A stretch of 34,057 nucleotides of DNA from Deferribacteres bacterium (lineage in GTDB: Bacteria > Nitrospirota > Thermodesulfovibrionia > UBA6902), in NCBI GenBank assembly GCA_030598625.1, contig JAUVPO010000001.1:1-34057 (forward strand). Reading direction: 5' to 3'. Each line of letters begins with the position of its first letter. Position 1 is the stretch's first letter. Both the position numbers and the translations under genes were made by a program. Positions 18,911-27,759 of this stretch are shown in pieces. Under the pieces are notes generated by a model. The model ran no database searches and was not told the origin of the DNA. It saw nothing but the letters and a program-made list of their open reading frames with translations.

Positions 18911-20131
18911 TTACTTGCCTTTCACAAAATAGTCCATCAATTTATGTCCTTTTTGAAAATTACGAATGCCTTTCATTCTGCAAATATATTCTGAATAGGA
19001 CTTAGCACGCGGACCCTTTAATGGATTACAGTTTCTATAAATAACAAAAGGGACCGGTTCCTTTGTATGGGTTTTAAGACTAACCGGAGTAAAATGATCG
19101 GGCAACAGCAGGATGCTGTACTCTTTAATTTTTTCAATACCCTTTAAAATTGTTCCTACTACCTTTAAATCAAAATCTTCTATAGCCTTTATCTTGGCCT
19201 TAATGTCCCCATTATGCCCTGCTTCATCAGGCGCTTCAACATGCACATACAGGATGTCATATTTCTTAAGCGCCCGAAGGGCCGCATTAGCCTTGCCGAT
19301 ATAATTCGTATCAATATATCCGGTAGCGCCCTTAACATTCAATATATCAAAACCCGCGCAAATGCCAAGACCTTTTGTTAGATCAACGGCGGATATCAGC
19401 GCCCCTTTGAGATTATATTTGTCTTTAAACTTCGGGATGGACAGTTTCCTGCCCTGTCCCCAGAACCACAGACTGTTTCCAGGATTAAGCCCCCTTTTCA
19501 ATCTATTCCTGTTTACGGAACTTGACATCAGGATTTCCCATGATTTGTCCATCAATGACACAAGCGCATCCCCGCCCCTGCCTTTAGGCAGATAACCGCT
19601 TATTTTCTTTCCTGTAATATCATGTGGGGGAGTACATTGTATTTTGGCTTTTCCGTTTCTCCAGACCATCAGGTGGCGGTAACTCATTCCTGGATAGAAG
19701 CTGATCTCTTTGTTTCCCAATTTCTTATTGACTTCATTGATTAAGAGTTTCGCTTCTCTGGTTGAAATATGCCCGGCGCTGTAATCCTGCATAACGGCTG
19801 AATTTCTCTTGCCCGGTTCTCCAGGATTCAGGGTAACGAGATTGCACCTGAAGGCAACGTCTTCCGCCCCCAGTTTAATCCCTCTGTATTCCGCCTCAAT
19901 CGGGCCCCGTCCGCTGTAGTATCTTGCAGGATCATAGCCGAGTATCGAGAGATTCGCGACATCCGAACCAGGGTCAAAACCATGAGGAATGGTCCTCGCC
20001 GTCCCGATTTCGCCTTCCGCAGCCAGCCTGTCCATGTTATGTGTGCGGGCCTTCTGAAGGCAAGTCTTGTATCCGAGCATTTTTAAAGGCCTGTCAGCCA
20101 TCCCGTCGCCCACAAGTACAATGTATTTCAT
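18911..20131 (-). CDS. ApgM-type cofactor-independent phosphoglycerate mutase family protein; possible non-canonical homoserine kinase
   Basis: 406 aa with N-terminus MKYIVLVGDGMADRP and the metal-site block VHVEAPDEAGHNGD, typical of the archaeal-type iPGM/metalloenzyme superfamily. It is adjacent to lysC and cimA. Confidence 0.8.
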   Translation of the reverse strand: MKYIVLVGDGMADRPLKMLGYKTCLQKARTHNMDRLAAEGEIGTARTIPHGFDPGSDVANLSILGYDPARYYSGRGPIEAEYRGIKLGAEDVAFRCNLVTLNPGEPGKRNSAVMQDYSAGHISTREAKLLINEVNKKLGNKEISFYPGMSYRHLMVWRNGKAKIQCTPPHDITGKKISGYLPKGRGGDALVSLMDKSWEILMSSSVNRNRLKRGLNPGNSLWFWGQGRKLSIPKFKDKYNLKGALISAVDLTKGLGICAGFDILNVKGATGYIDTNYIGKANAALRALKKYDILYVHVEAPDEAGHNGDIKAKIKAIEDFDLKVVGTILKGIEKIKEYSILLLPDHFTPVSLKTHTKEPVPFVIYRNCNPLKGPRAKSYSEYICRMKGIRNFQKGHKLMDYFVKGK

Positions 20132-20247
20132 CTTGAAATTTATCCCTCACAAACAAACCAGCGGATTATATTAACTTTTTCGGTTATTAAAAGTGAAGGT
20201 TCGGCAATAAAAAGACAGGGGGCACGGACATTTTTTAAGGACGATTT

Positions 20248-20607
20248 TCAGCTCTTATTTTCGATAATGTCCGCAGAATTCAGCATAGCCTTATAGAATT
20301 CCACATAACTCGGCGGCGGGAATACAACTTCCATTCCAATTTGTTTGGTTAAACCAAGGGGAGCTACTTTAAACGACCACATCACCCTACAGTCAATATT
20401 GATCGTTTCATTTTGAGTCTGAAATTTTACTTTCAACTTTGTCCCCGAAGTAAAACCTGTTGATGTACTCAGGAGATTTGAGGATGCAGTCTCAACGTAA
20501 ACACCCTTTTCTGAAATGTTCCCTATCACACAATTACAGGAGCTGTCATCCAGGATAATCTCTCCCTCTATATGCACTTTCTTCCTTTTACAAAATCTTC
20601 TTTCCAT
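20248..20607 (-). CDS. PilZ domain protein (c-di-GMP receptor)
   Basis: 119 aa. It has the RxxxR motif (RFCKR, residues 4-8) and the D/NxSxxG motif (NISEKG). Confidence 0.75.
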   Translation of the reverse strand: MERRFCKRKKVHIEGEIILDDSSCNCVIGNISEKGVYVETASSNLLSTSTGFTSGTKLKVKFQTQNETINIDCRVMWSFKVAPLGLTKQIGMEVVFPPPSYVEFYKAMLNSADIIENKS

Positions 20608-20701
20608 GGCTTATCCTATCATTATTTTTGTATTTTTTAAAAGTTTTTTTATGTGACAATAATCACGGATGCCTCAATAATGATGATTTATAAACCGGAA
20701 T

Positions 20702-21730
20702 ATGTTAAGTTATCAAAATTTTTGTATAGTTCCAGTTAAAGGAATAGTGCCTTTGAATAGAAAAAAAAGTTTACGGCAAATCAGAATTTTATTATCAGCC
20801 TTACTATTTATGTTATTAACTCTTTCCTCACCTTTTTGGGTAAGAGATGTATCAGCAGAAATTGAAACTTCCATAGCGATCAGCCAGGGCATCAGAACAG
20901 ATAATTTCGACTGGAACATTGCCGGAAACATTTATGGCACCAACCCGAACATATTGTCTGAATTGACCTGGAGTGATCTAATGATTGTTCAGACTAAAGC
21001 GCATGGGCAACTTACTATAGCCGACAAATTTTACTTAAGGTGTTCACTTGCTTACGGCTGGATAATAGACGGAGATAACCAGGATTCAGATTATTGGGGG
21101 GATAACCGTACCGGCGAATTCTCCAGGTCCAACAACAGCTCCGATGACGGTAATGTAATGGACGTCTCGGTGGGACTGGGATATCAGTTCAGGCCCAAAA
21201 ACGGCAAGTTTGCAATTACACCCCTTATAGGCCTCTCATATCATGAGCAAAACTTCGTCATGACCAATGGGTATCAGACCATTGATATACCCGCACCCGA
21301 CGAGGCACGTGAAAGTCAGACAGGGCCTTTCCCGGATCTAAACAGTAAATATGATGCCCGGTGGATGGGGCCATGGACAGGTGTTGATTTGTCCCTTAAC
21401 ATAATTAATGAAATCAAGCTATCAGGTGTGATGGAGCTTCACCTGGCTGATTATGCAGGTGTGGCAGACTGGAACCTCAGGGATGACTTTCAACACCCAA
21501 AAAGTTTTGAACATTCTGCATATGGATACGGCATATTTATTTCTATTGCTATAGATTATGCGTTTAACGAGGGCTGGAATATAGGCATTACCACCTCTTA
21601 TCAGGATTGGTCAACCGACAGCGGAAAGAGTCGAACATACCGTTCCGATGGCGCCGAGCTGGGAACACGTTTTAACGAAGCAAACTGGGATTCCTTAACA
21701 GCGGAAGCAGGGATAACATATAGTTTCTAA
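20702..21730 (+). CDS. Outer-membrane beta-barrel protein, omptin-like
   Basis: It has a signal peptide (...LLSALLFMLLTLSSPFWVRDVSA/EIE), alternating beta-strand pattern and a C-terminal ...AGITYSF. By eye it aligns with OmpT blocks: ILSELTWS ~ VSQLDWK, NQDSDYW ~ VDQDWM, LIGLSYHEQNF ~ LMAGYQESRYSF, AGITYSF ~ AGLKYTF. An alternative in-frame TTG start is at 20753. Confidence 0.55.
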   Translation: MLSYQNFCIVPVKGIVPLNRKKSLRQIRILLSALLFMLLTLSSPFWVRDVSAEIETSIAISQGIRTDNFDWNIAGNIYGTNPNILSELTWSDLMIVQTKAHGQLTIADKFYLRCSLAYGWIIDGDNQDSDYWGDNRTGEFSRSNNSSDDGNVMDVSVGLGYQFRPKNGKFAITPLIGLSYHEQNFVMTNGYQTIDIPAPDEARESQTGPFPDLNSKYDARWMGPWTGVDLSLNIINEIKLSGVMELHLADYAGVADWNLRDDFQHPKSFEHSAYGYGIFISIAIDYAFNEGWNIGITTSYQDWSTDSGKSRTYRSDGAELGTRFNEANWDSLTAEAGITYSF

Positions 21731-21892
21731 TTAAATAACCGGGAATTATATCTGCATTTTATTAATCATTAATCGATCTGCCCCCCTAATAATAGTTATT
21801 AAGAACTCAACAAAGATAAATTCAAGACCTGACCATCGTCTGCCGTATAAGATACGATAAGTTTTCTTATTTCAAATGAAAGGACTGTTAGT

Positions 21893-22327
21893 ATGATGAA
21901 AAAAATGGAATTGCCATGGGATATAGGATTGCTTATCATGCGGCTGGGAATTGGAGCGAGTATGCTCATATTTCACGGATATGGAAAAATCTCCTTAGAG
22001 ACCGCAGTCTGGAAAAAAATCTGGAGTATGATAAAGACCATAAAGATAAATTCCCTTGCTCAAATCTGGGAATTCATGGCTCTTTTTTCCGGGTCAACCT
22101 GCGCTTTGCTGATTGTACTGTTTATGATAGGGGTTTTATTCAGACCCATGACCGTACTGCTTGCATTTACGATGTTAATTGAAATATTGAAACATTTTAC
22201 CTTACCTGAAGGAACAGCCGGTGCAGGATGGAGCGGGGCGGCACAGTCACTTGAACTGCTGATAATCTTTTCAGGATTGCTCTTTCTCGGTCCCGGCAGG
22301 TTTGTAGCAACCCTTAAAAAACAATGA
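21893..22327 (+). CDS. DoxX-family integral membrane protein
   Basis: 144 aa with four hydrophobic segments. The N-terminal LLIMRLGIGASMLIFHGYGKI resembles the DoxX signature region. Confidence 0.7.
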   Translation: MMKKMELPWDIGLLIMRLGIGASMLIFHGYGKISLETAVWKKIWSMIKTIKINSLAQIWEFMALFSGSTCALLIVLFMIGVLFRPMTVLLAFTMLIEILKHFTLPEGTAGAGWSGAAQSLELLIIFSGLLFLGPGRFVATLKKQ

Positions 22328-22333
22328 GAGTCT

Positions 22334-22876
22334 TTAATATACCATTCCACCGTATTGCCATTTGTAATATTCATTTTTACTGAAATATGCGAAATTCTCC
22401 ACTCTCCAAAATCGTTTATCCGTCCCGACCCGCTTAACCGGCAGATCCATAGCGGCATCCGGCTTATCTGTTCCGTATGCAGTGAATTTTATCATCAACC
22501 CTACATCACCGGATTCACTTCTGTACAGCACGGGATCGCTAAGCATTATAGCGTCAGCGCCAGTTACAAGAGTTCCAATGTCAACTTCCTGAAAATATTC
22601 TTTTACAAAGATTAATCCGCTTTCAACGTATTCCCTCGCCTCAGGAGTCAATGCCTCGTCTTCTTCAATATTCACGAAGTCAATACTCCATAAACTTATA
22701 CCGGATGTATCTACAGGATAAGACATTCCATGGTCCTGAAAATATCCCTTCACGACATCTTCACGTGAACACGAGTTTAAAAAATATATTACGGCGGCAA
22801 ATATGAGAAAAAAATTAAGAGCGGTTAATAATATTCCGAAACACTTAACACATAAAAAACGGAAACTGTAAATCAT
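22334..22876 (-). CDS. Hypothetical lipoprotein
   Basis: 180-aa ORF. A hydrophobic N-terminus ends in the lipobox-like FLNSC. I recognised no family. It converges on DoxX with a 6-nt gap. Confidence 0.45.
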   Translation of the reverse strand: MIYSFRFLCVKCFGILLTALNFFLIFAAVIYFLNSCSREDVVKGYFQDHGMSYPVDTSGISLWSIDFVNIEEDEALTPEAREYVESGLIFVKEYFQEVDIGTLVTGADAIMLSDPVLYRSESGDVGLMIKFTAYGTDKPDAAMDLPVKRVGTDKRFWRVENFAYFSKNEYYKWQYGGMVY

Positions 22877-23051
22877 ATGAATTTATAGCACGGAAAAACC
22901 GGAAAAGACAAGATATCAATAATAGTTGCAGGTTGTCATCAGATTTCAGTTTCTATTATATTTAGGTTGCCTATTTAAATCTGAAATTTTATAATAGTCC
23001 GACTTTGTTCAGAGTATTTACTAAAAAATAGTCCCGTTATAGGGAGGCATT

Positions 23052-23792
23052 GTGAGACTTAAAGACAAAAATGCATTAATTACAGGCGGGGCCCAGGGAA
23101 TCGGAAAGGCCATCGCTTTGGGAATGGCAAAAGAAGGGGCTAATATCGGCATAGCCGACGTAAATATTGAAAATGCCGAGAACACGGCCCTGGAAGTCAG
23201 AACATCAGGGGTAAAAAGTATCGCCGTTAAACTTGATGTTTCAAGACAGGATAATGTTTCAAATACATTTCAGACATTCGTCAAGGAACTCGGCGCGCTC
23301 GATATCCTGGTTAATAATGCGGGAATCACGAGAGATACCGTACTGCTCAGGATGAAGGAAGAAGATTGGGACGCGGTTTTAAACGTTAATCTGAAAGGAT
23401 CATTTTTATGCAGTAAAGAGGCCGTAAAAATAATGGCCAAACAGCGTTCAGGAAAGATCATAAGCATATCTTCGGTGGTAGCATTTATTGGCAATCCCGG
23501 TCAGGCAAACTACAGTTCTTCTAAAGCCGCACTTATCGGGCTGACAAAGACAATCGCTAAAGAATACGCAAGTCGTGGCATCAGGGCTAATGCGATAGCG
23601 CCCGGTTTTATTCAAACGGCAATGACCGATGCGCTCACTGATGAAGTCAAGGGTGAAATGAAGAGGGCCATTCCTCTTGGACAGTTCGGCACGCCTGAAG
23701 ATGTAGCAAATATAGTTATATTCCTTGCCTCGAATGAATCTGATTATATAACCGGGCAGGTCATCCACGTAAACGGCGGCATGTATATGTAG
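23052..23792 (+). CDS. fabG: 3-oxoacyl-[ACP] reductase
   Basis: GTG start after GGGAGG. SDR motifs are TGGAQGIGKAIA, NNAGI and SSVVAFIGNPGQANYSSSKAALIGLTK, and the C-terminus is GQVIHVNGGMYM. Confidence 0.93.
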   Translation: MRLKDKNALITGGAQGIGKAIALGMAKEGANIGIADVNIENAENTALEVRTSGVKSIAVKLDVSRQDNVSNTFQTFVKELGALDILVNNAGITRDTVLLRMKEEDWDAVLNVNLKGSFLCSKEAVKIMAKQRSGKIISISSVVAFIGNPGQANYSSSKAALIGLTKTIAKEYASRGIRANAIAPGFIQTAMTDALTDEVKGEMKRAIPLGQFGTPEDVANIVIFLASNESDYITGQVIHVNGGMYM

Positions 23793-23878
23793 GAAAATTT
23801 TAATTAAATATGTATAATTGATTCCCTGAAGTTTCAAATAAAGACTTTAAATTGTAAATTAGACATTGGAGGTGCTAA

Positions 23879-24115
23879 ATGGAAGTAGCAGAAAAAGTAA
23901 AAGACATAATAACAAAACAATTAGGTGTTGACACTGAAAAGGTCACCCCGGAAGCTTCATTTGTAGAAGACCTCGGCGCTGATTCTCTCGATACCGTTGA
24001 ACTTGTAATGGCTTTTGAAGAGGCATTTAACATTGAAATCCCTGATGAAGACGCAGAGAAGATTTTAAAGGTACAGGATGCAAACAAATACATAAAAGAG
24101 AAATCCGAAAACTGA
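23879..24115 (+). CDS. acpP: Acyl carrier protein
   Basis: 78 aa. The phosphopantetheine site is [25 protein letters not shown]. Confidence 0.95.
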   Translation: MEVAEKVKDIITKQLGVDTEKVTPEASFVEDLGADSLDTVELVMAFEEAFNIEIPDEDAEKILKVQDANKYIKEKSEN

Positions 24116-24140
24116 TATATCTTTCTACTCTTAAAAAATA

Positions 24141-25388
24141 ATGAATCAGAGAAGAATTGTAATAACCGGTTTAGGAATGATAACTCCGCATGGGACCGGA
24201 AAAGAAAAATCCTGGGAATGCCTCGTCGAGGGGCGTCCGGCTGTGAAAAAAATAACCCACTTTGATCCTGATGGTCTGCCGTGCCAGATAGCGGCCGAAG
24301 TCCCTGATTTTGAAATAGACAATTTCATAGATACAAAAGAACAAAAAAAGATGGACAGGTTTATCCATCTGGGACTTGCAGCGGCAACAATGGCAATGGA
24401 AGACTCGGGACTCAAAGTCACGGAAAGCAACGCTTACAGAATAGGGGTAATTGTCGGCTCAGGCATAGGAGGCCTGGGAGCAATTGAACGATATACCCAA
24501 ATCCTTAATGAAAAGGGTCATAAGAGAGTTTCCCCTTTCTTTATTCCAATGACAATAATCAATCTTACTGCCGGCCAGATTTCTATTCGCTTTGGCGTAA
24601 AAGGCCCTAATTCGGCCATTGCAACCGCCTGTGCATCCGGCACTCATTCAATAGGTGACGCTTTCAAGTTGATTCAAAACGGAACAGCCGACGCAATGAT
24701 CTGCGGAGGGACGGAGGCAGTAATAACTCCGCTTGGAATTGCGGGGTTTACTTCCATGAAAGCGCTGTCAACAAGAAATGATGCGCCCGAAAAAGCGAGC
24801 AGACCCTTTGATAAAGACAGAGACGGTTTTGTCATGGGAGAAGGCGCAGGTATCCTGGTCCTCGAAGAACTGGAGCATGCCGTAAAAAGGGGCGCCAGAA
24901 TTTATGCTGAAGTAATAGGTTACGGTTTAAACAGCGACGCATATCATATAACAAGCCCTTCTCCCAATGGTGAAGGCGCTGCCAAATGCATGGAAAGTGC
25001 CTTAAGGGACGCTGATATTCGTCCGGAGGAAGTAAATTATATCAATGCTCATGGAACCTCGACAAAATATGGAGATGAACTGGAAACAGTTGCAATCAAG
25101 ACAGTGTTCAGTAAACATGCCTATAAACTGTATGTAAGGTCCACAAAATCAATGATAGGACACCTTCTCGGCGCTTCCGGCGGAGTTGAAGCGGCAATTT
25201 GCGCTCTCAGTATATTAAACAAGGTCGCACCGCCTACCATTAACCTTGATAACCCGGATTCAGGGTGCGACCTGGATTATGTAGCCCATAGGGCCATATC
25301 CGTTGATATAAATATAGCTATGTCCAATTCTTTTGGATTCGGTGGAACTAATGCCTGTATCATCTTCAAAAGATTTGACCGGTCTTGA
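24141..25388 (+). CDS. fabF: 3-oxoacyl-[ACP] synthase II
   Basis: 415 aa. The active-site Cys is in ATACASGTHSIGDA, the two His residues are in YINAHGTSTKYGD and GHLLGASGG, and the C-terminus is FGFGGTNACIIFKR. Confidence 0.95.
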   Translation: MNQRRIVITGLGMITPHGTGKEKSWECLVEGRPAVKKITHFDPDGLPCQIAAEVPDFEIDNFIDTKEQKKMDRFIHLGLAAATMAMEDSGLKVTESNAYRIGVIVGSGIGGLGAIERYTQILNEKGHKRVSPFFIPMTIINLTAGQISIRFGVKGPNSAIATACASGTHSIGDAFKLIQNGTADAMICGGTEAVITPLGIAGFTSMKALSTRNDAPEKASRPFDKDRDGFVMGEGAGILVLEELEHAVKRGARIYAEVIGYGLNSDAYHITSPSPNGEGAAKCMESALRDADIRPEEVNYINAHGTSTKYGDELETVAIKTVFSKHAYKLYVRSTKSMIGHLLGASGGVEAAICALSILNKVAPPTINLDNPDSGCDLDYVAHRAISVDINIAMSNSFGFGGTNACIIFKRFDRS

Positions 25389-26073
25389 AAATTCTTTAGG
25401 CTACACCTTTAAAAAAAAGACCCTGTTGAAAGAGGCGATTACCCATAAATCGTATGCTCATGAAAAACAGAAAAAACCGATTCCGTTTAATGAGCGTATG
25501 GAATTTTTGGGTGATGCAGTCCTTGAACTCATCATAAGTGAATATCTTTTTCGCTCATATTTGAAACATACCGAAGCCGACCTTTCCAAATTAAAAGCTT
25601 ACGCTGTCCAGGAGGCAACCCTGGCAAAAATCGCAAGGGGCCTTGATATGGGAGCACACCTTATTCTTGGTAAAGGAGAGGAAATTACAGGCGGCAGGGA
25701 AAAATCTTCTTTACTTGCCAACGCCTTTGAGGCAATTTTAGCGGCGATCTACCTGGACGGCGGCTATGAACAGGCAGAAAATTTTGTACTCAGGAACTTA
25801 ACAATTAAAATAGATAAACTTGTAACAAATAATTTTGTCTTTGATTTTAAAACAAAAATCCAGGAAGTCGCCCAGTCACAGTTCGGTGTATTGCCGAAGT
25901 ATGAAACATATAAGGAAGAAGGCCCTGAGCATAAAAAGGTTTTTGAAGTCAAGGTCTTTATTAATGATAACTTATTCGGTTCAGGCAGTGGGAAAACAAA
26001 AAAAGCCGCGGCTCAGAAGGCCGCAGAAGCCGGTCTGAAGAAAATCAGGGAAAAACATGAAACTGACATATAA
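25351..26073 (+). CDS. rnc: Ribonuclease III
   Basis: The signature is ERMEFLGDAVLELIISEYLF, with a C-terminal dsRBD (GPEHKKVFEVKV...GSGSGKTKKAAAQKAAE). The start is uncertain: candidates are ATG 25351, TTG 25333 and TTG 25375. All of them overlap the fabF stop at 25388. Confidence 0.9.
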   Translation: MPVSSSKDLTGLENSLGYTFKKKTLLKEAITHKSYAHEKQKKPIPFNERMEFLGDAVLELIISEYLFRSYLKHTEADLSKLKAYAVQEATLAKIARGLDMGAHLILGKGEEITGGREKSSLLANAFEAILAAIYLDGGYEQAENFVLRNLTIKIDKLVTNNFVFDFKTKIQEVAQSQFGVLPKYETYKEEGPEHKKVFEVKVFINDNLFGSGSGKTKKAAAQKAAEAGLKKIREKHETDI

Positions 26074-27106
26074 AAAATCAGGTGTGGACATAAACAAAGG
26101 CAACAGGCTGGTGGATATCATCAAACCGATGGCACGCTCTACGTTTAAGCCGCATGTAATCAATGATATCGGTTCTTTCGGGGCATTTTGCAAGCTGGAT
26201 ATTTCAAAACATAAAAATCCTGTTCTTGTCAGCAGCACGGACGGCGTAGGCACAAAACTGAAAATCGCTTTCATGCTCAACAAACATGATACAGTCGGCA
26301 TTGACCTTGTTGGCATGTGTGTAAACGATATACTCACAAGCGGCGCCCAGCCTCTCTTTTTTCTTGATTATTTTGCCTCCGGAAAGCTCTCAACCATAAA
26401 GGCGGCAAGTGTTATTAAAGGGATCGCCAGGGGCTGTAAAATGGCTGACTGCTCACTTATTGGCGGTGAAACCGCTGAAATGCCGGGATTTTACGCCAAA
26501 GGAGAATATGACCTGTCAGGATTTGCGGTCGGTGTTGTTGACGGAAAAGCCATTATCAACGGTTCGGAAATCAAAAACCGGGATGTATTGATAGGGCTTG
26601 CTTCAAACGGTCTCCACAGCAACGGCTATTCACTCGTAAGAAAACTTTTTTTTGACATAAAAAAATATGGTCCGAAGAAGCATATAAAGGAACTCGGCTG
26701 TTCAATCGGGGAAGAACTCTTAAGACCGACAAAAATTTATGTAAAGAGCATTTTGAAAATTATCCGGAGTTTCAGGATAAAAGGGATAGCCCATATTACC
26801 GGCGGAGGTCTTACTGAAAACCTCCCGCGAATCCTTCCTCAAAAGGCAGGACTGAAATTTGTCATTGAAAAAGGCAGTTGGCCTGTGCACAGCATATTCA
26901 ATCTTGTTCAGACAATGGGCGCTGTCCCGGAGAAGGAAATGTTCAAGACATTCAATATGGGAATCGGCATGGTACTGGTAGTTAATCAGGCGGATTCTAA
27001 AAAAACCATTAAAAGACTCGAGCAGCTTGGAGAAAAGGCATTCATAATAGGACAGGTGGAAAAAGGGAACAGAGTGGTGGAATATAAATCTAAATGCTTA
27101 CTTTAG
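26057..27106 (+). CDS. purM: Phosphoribosylformylglycinamidine cyclo-ligase (AIR synthetase)
   Basis: MKLTYKKSGVDINKGN..., DGVGTKLKIA and DLVGMCVNDIL motifs. It overlaps the rnc stop by 17 nt. Confidence 0.95.
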   Translation: MKLTYKKSGVDINKGNRLVDIIKPMARSTFKPHVINDIGSFGAFCKLDISKHKNPVLVSSTDGVGTKLKIAFMLNKHDTVGIDLVGMCVNDILTSGAQPLFFLDYFASGKLSTIKAASVIKGIARGCKMADCSLIGGETAEMPGFYAKGEYDLSGFAVGVVDGKAIINGSEIKNRDVLIGLASNGLHSNGYSLVRKLFFDIKKYGPKKHIKELGCSIGEELLRPTKIYVKSILKIIRSFRIKGIAHITGGGLTENLPRILPQKAGLKFVIEKGSWPVHSIFNLVQTMGAVPEKEMFKTFNMGIGMVLVVNQADSKKTIKRLEQLGEKAFIIGQVEKGNRVVEYKSKCLL

Positions 27107-27735
27107 GAGTATTAGCCTCGGGCAGGGGCTCGAATTTCCAGTCGATCATAGACAGCATTGAATCAGGTTTTCTGGATGCAAAGACCGCTGTTTTGATAAC
27201 GGACAATCCGGATGCATATGCAATTGAACGGGCAAAAAAGCATAATATAGAATCTCTCGTATTAAAGCCGCGTGATTTTGCGGACAAAAACGCTTATTAT
27301 TCTTATATTGCCGGAGAGTTCAAAAAAAGGGGAGTTGAACTCGTTATCCTGGCAGGCTTTATGAGAGTTGTCGGAAAAGCGCTTATAGAGCAATACCGCA
27401 ATAAAACAATGAACATCCACCCTGCCCTGCTGCCCTCATTCCCAGGACTTCACGGGCAGAAGCAGGCAGCTGATTACAGTGTGAAGATTTCAGGCTGTAC
27501 AGTGCATTTCGTGGACGAAGGCATGGACACCGGCCCCATAATAATCCAGGCCGCGGTCCCCTCTTATCACGACGATACGGAAGACACCCTCTCTGAAAGG
27601 ATACTGAAACAGGAACACAGAATCTTCCCTTACGCAATAAAGCTTTATTCTGAAGGCAGGATTTCGGTTAAAGGGAGGAAGGTTATTGTTAATGTGGGAA
27701 GGGATGACGCGCTGCTTATTAATCCTCCTTTTTAA
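27094..27735 (+). CDS. purN: Phosphoribosylglycinamide formyltransferase
   Basis: GVLASGRGSNFQSIID, NIHPALLPSFPG and GCTVHFVDEGMDTGPII motifs. It overlaps the purM stop by 13 nt. Confidence 0.93.
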   Translation: MLTLGVLASGRGSNFQSIIDSIESGFLDAKTAVLITDNPDAYAIERAKKHNIESLVLKPRDFADKNAYYSYIAGEFKKRGVELVILAGFMRVVGKALIEQYRNKTMNIHPALLPSFPGLHGQKQAADYSVKISGCTVHFVDEGMDTGPIIIQAAVPSYHDDTEDTLSERILKQEHRIFPYAIKLYSEGRISVKGRKVIVNVGRDDALLINPPF

Positions 27736-27759
27736 AATAGCGCCGGGGACAACAACTGT

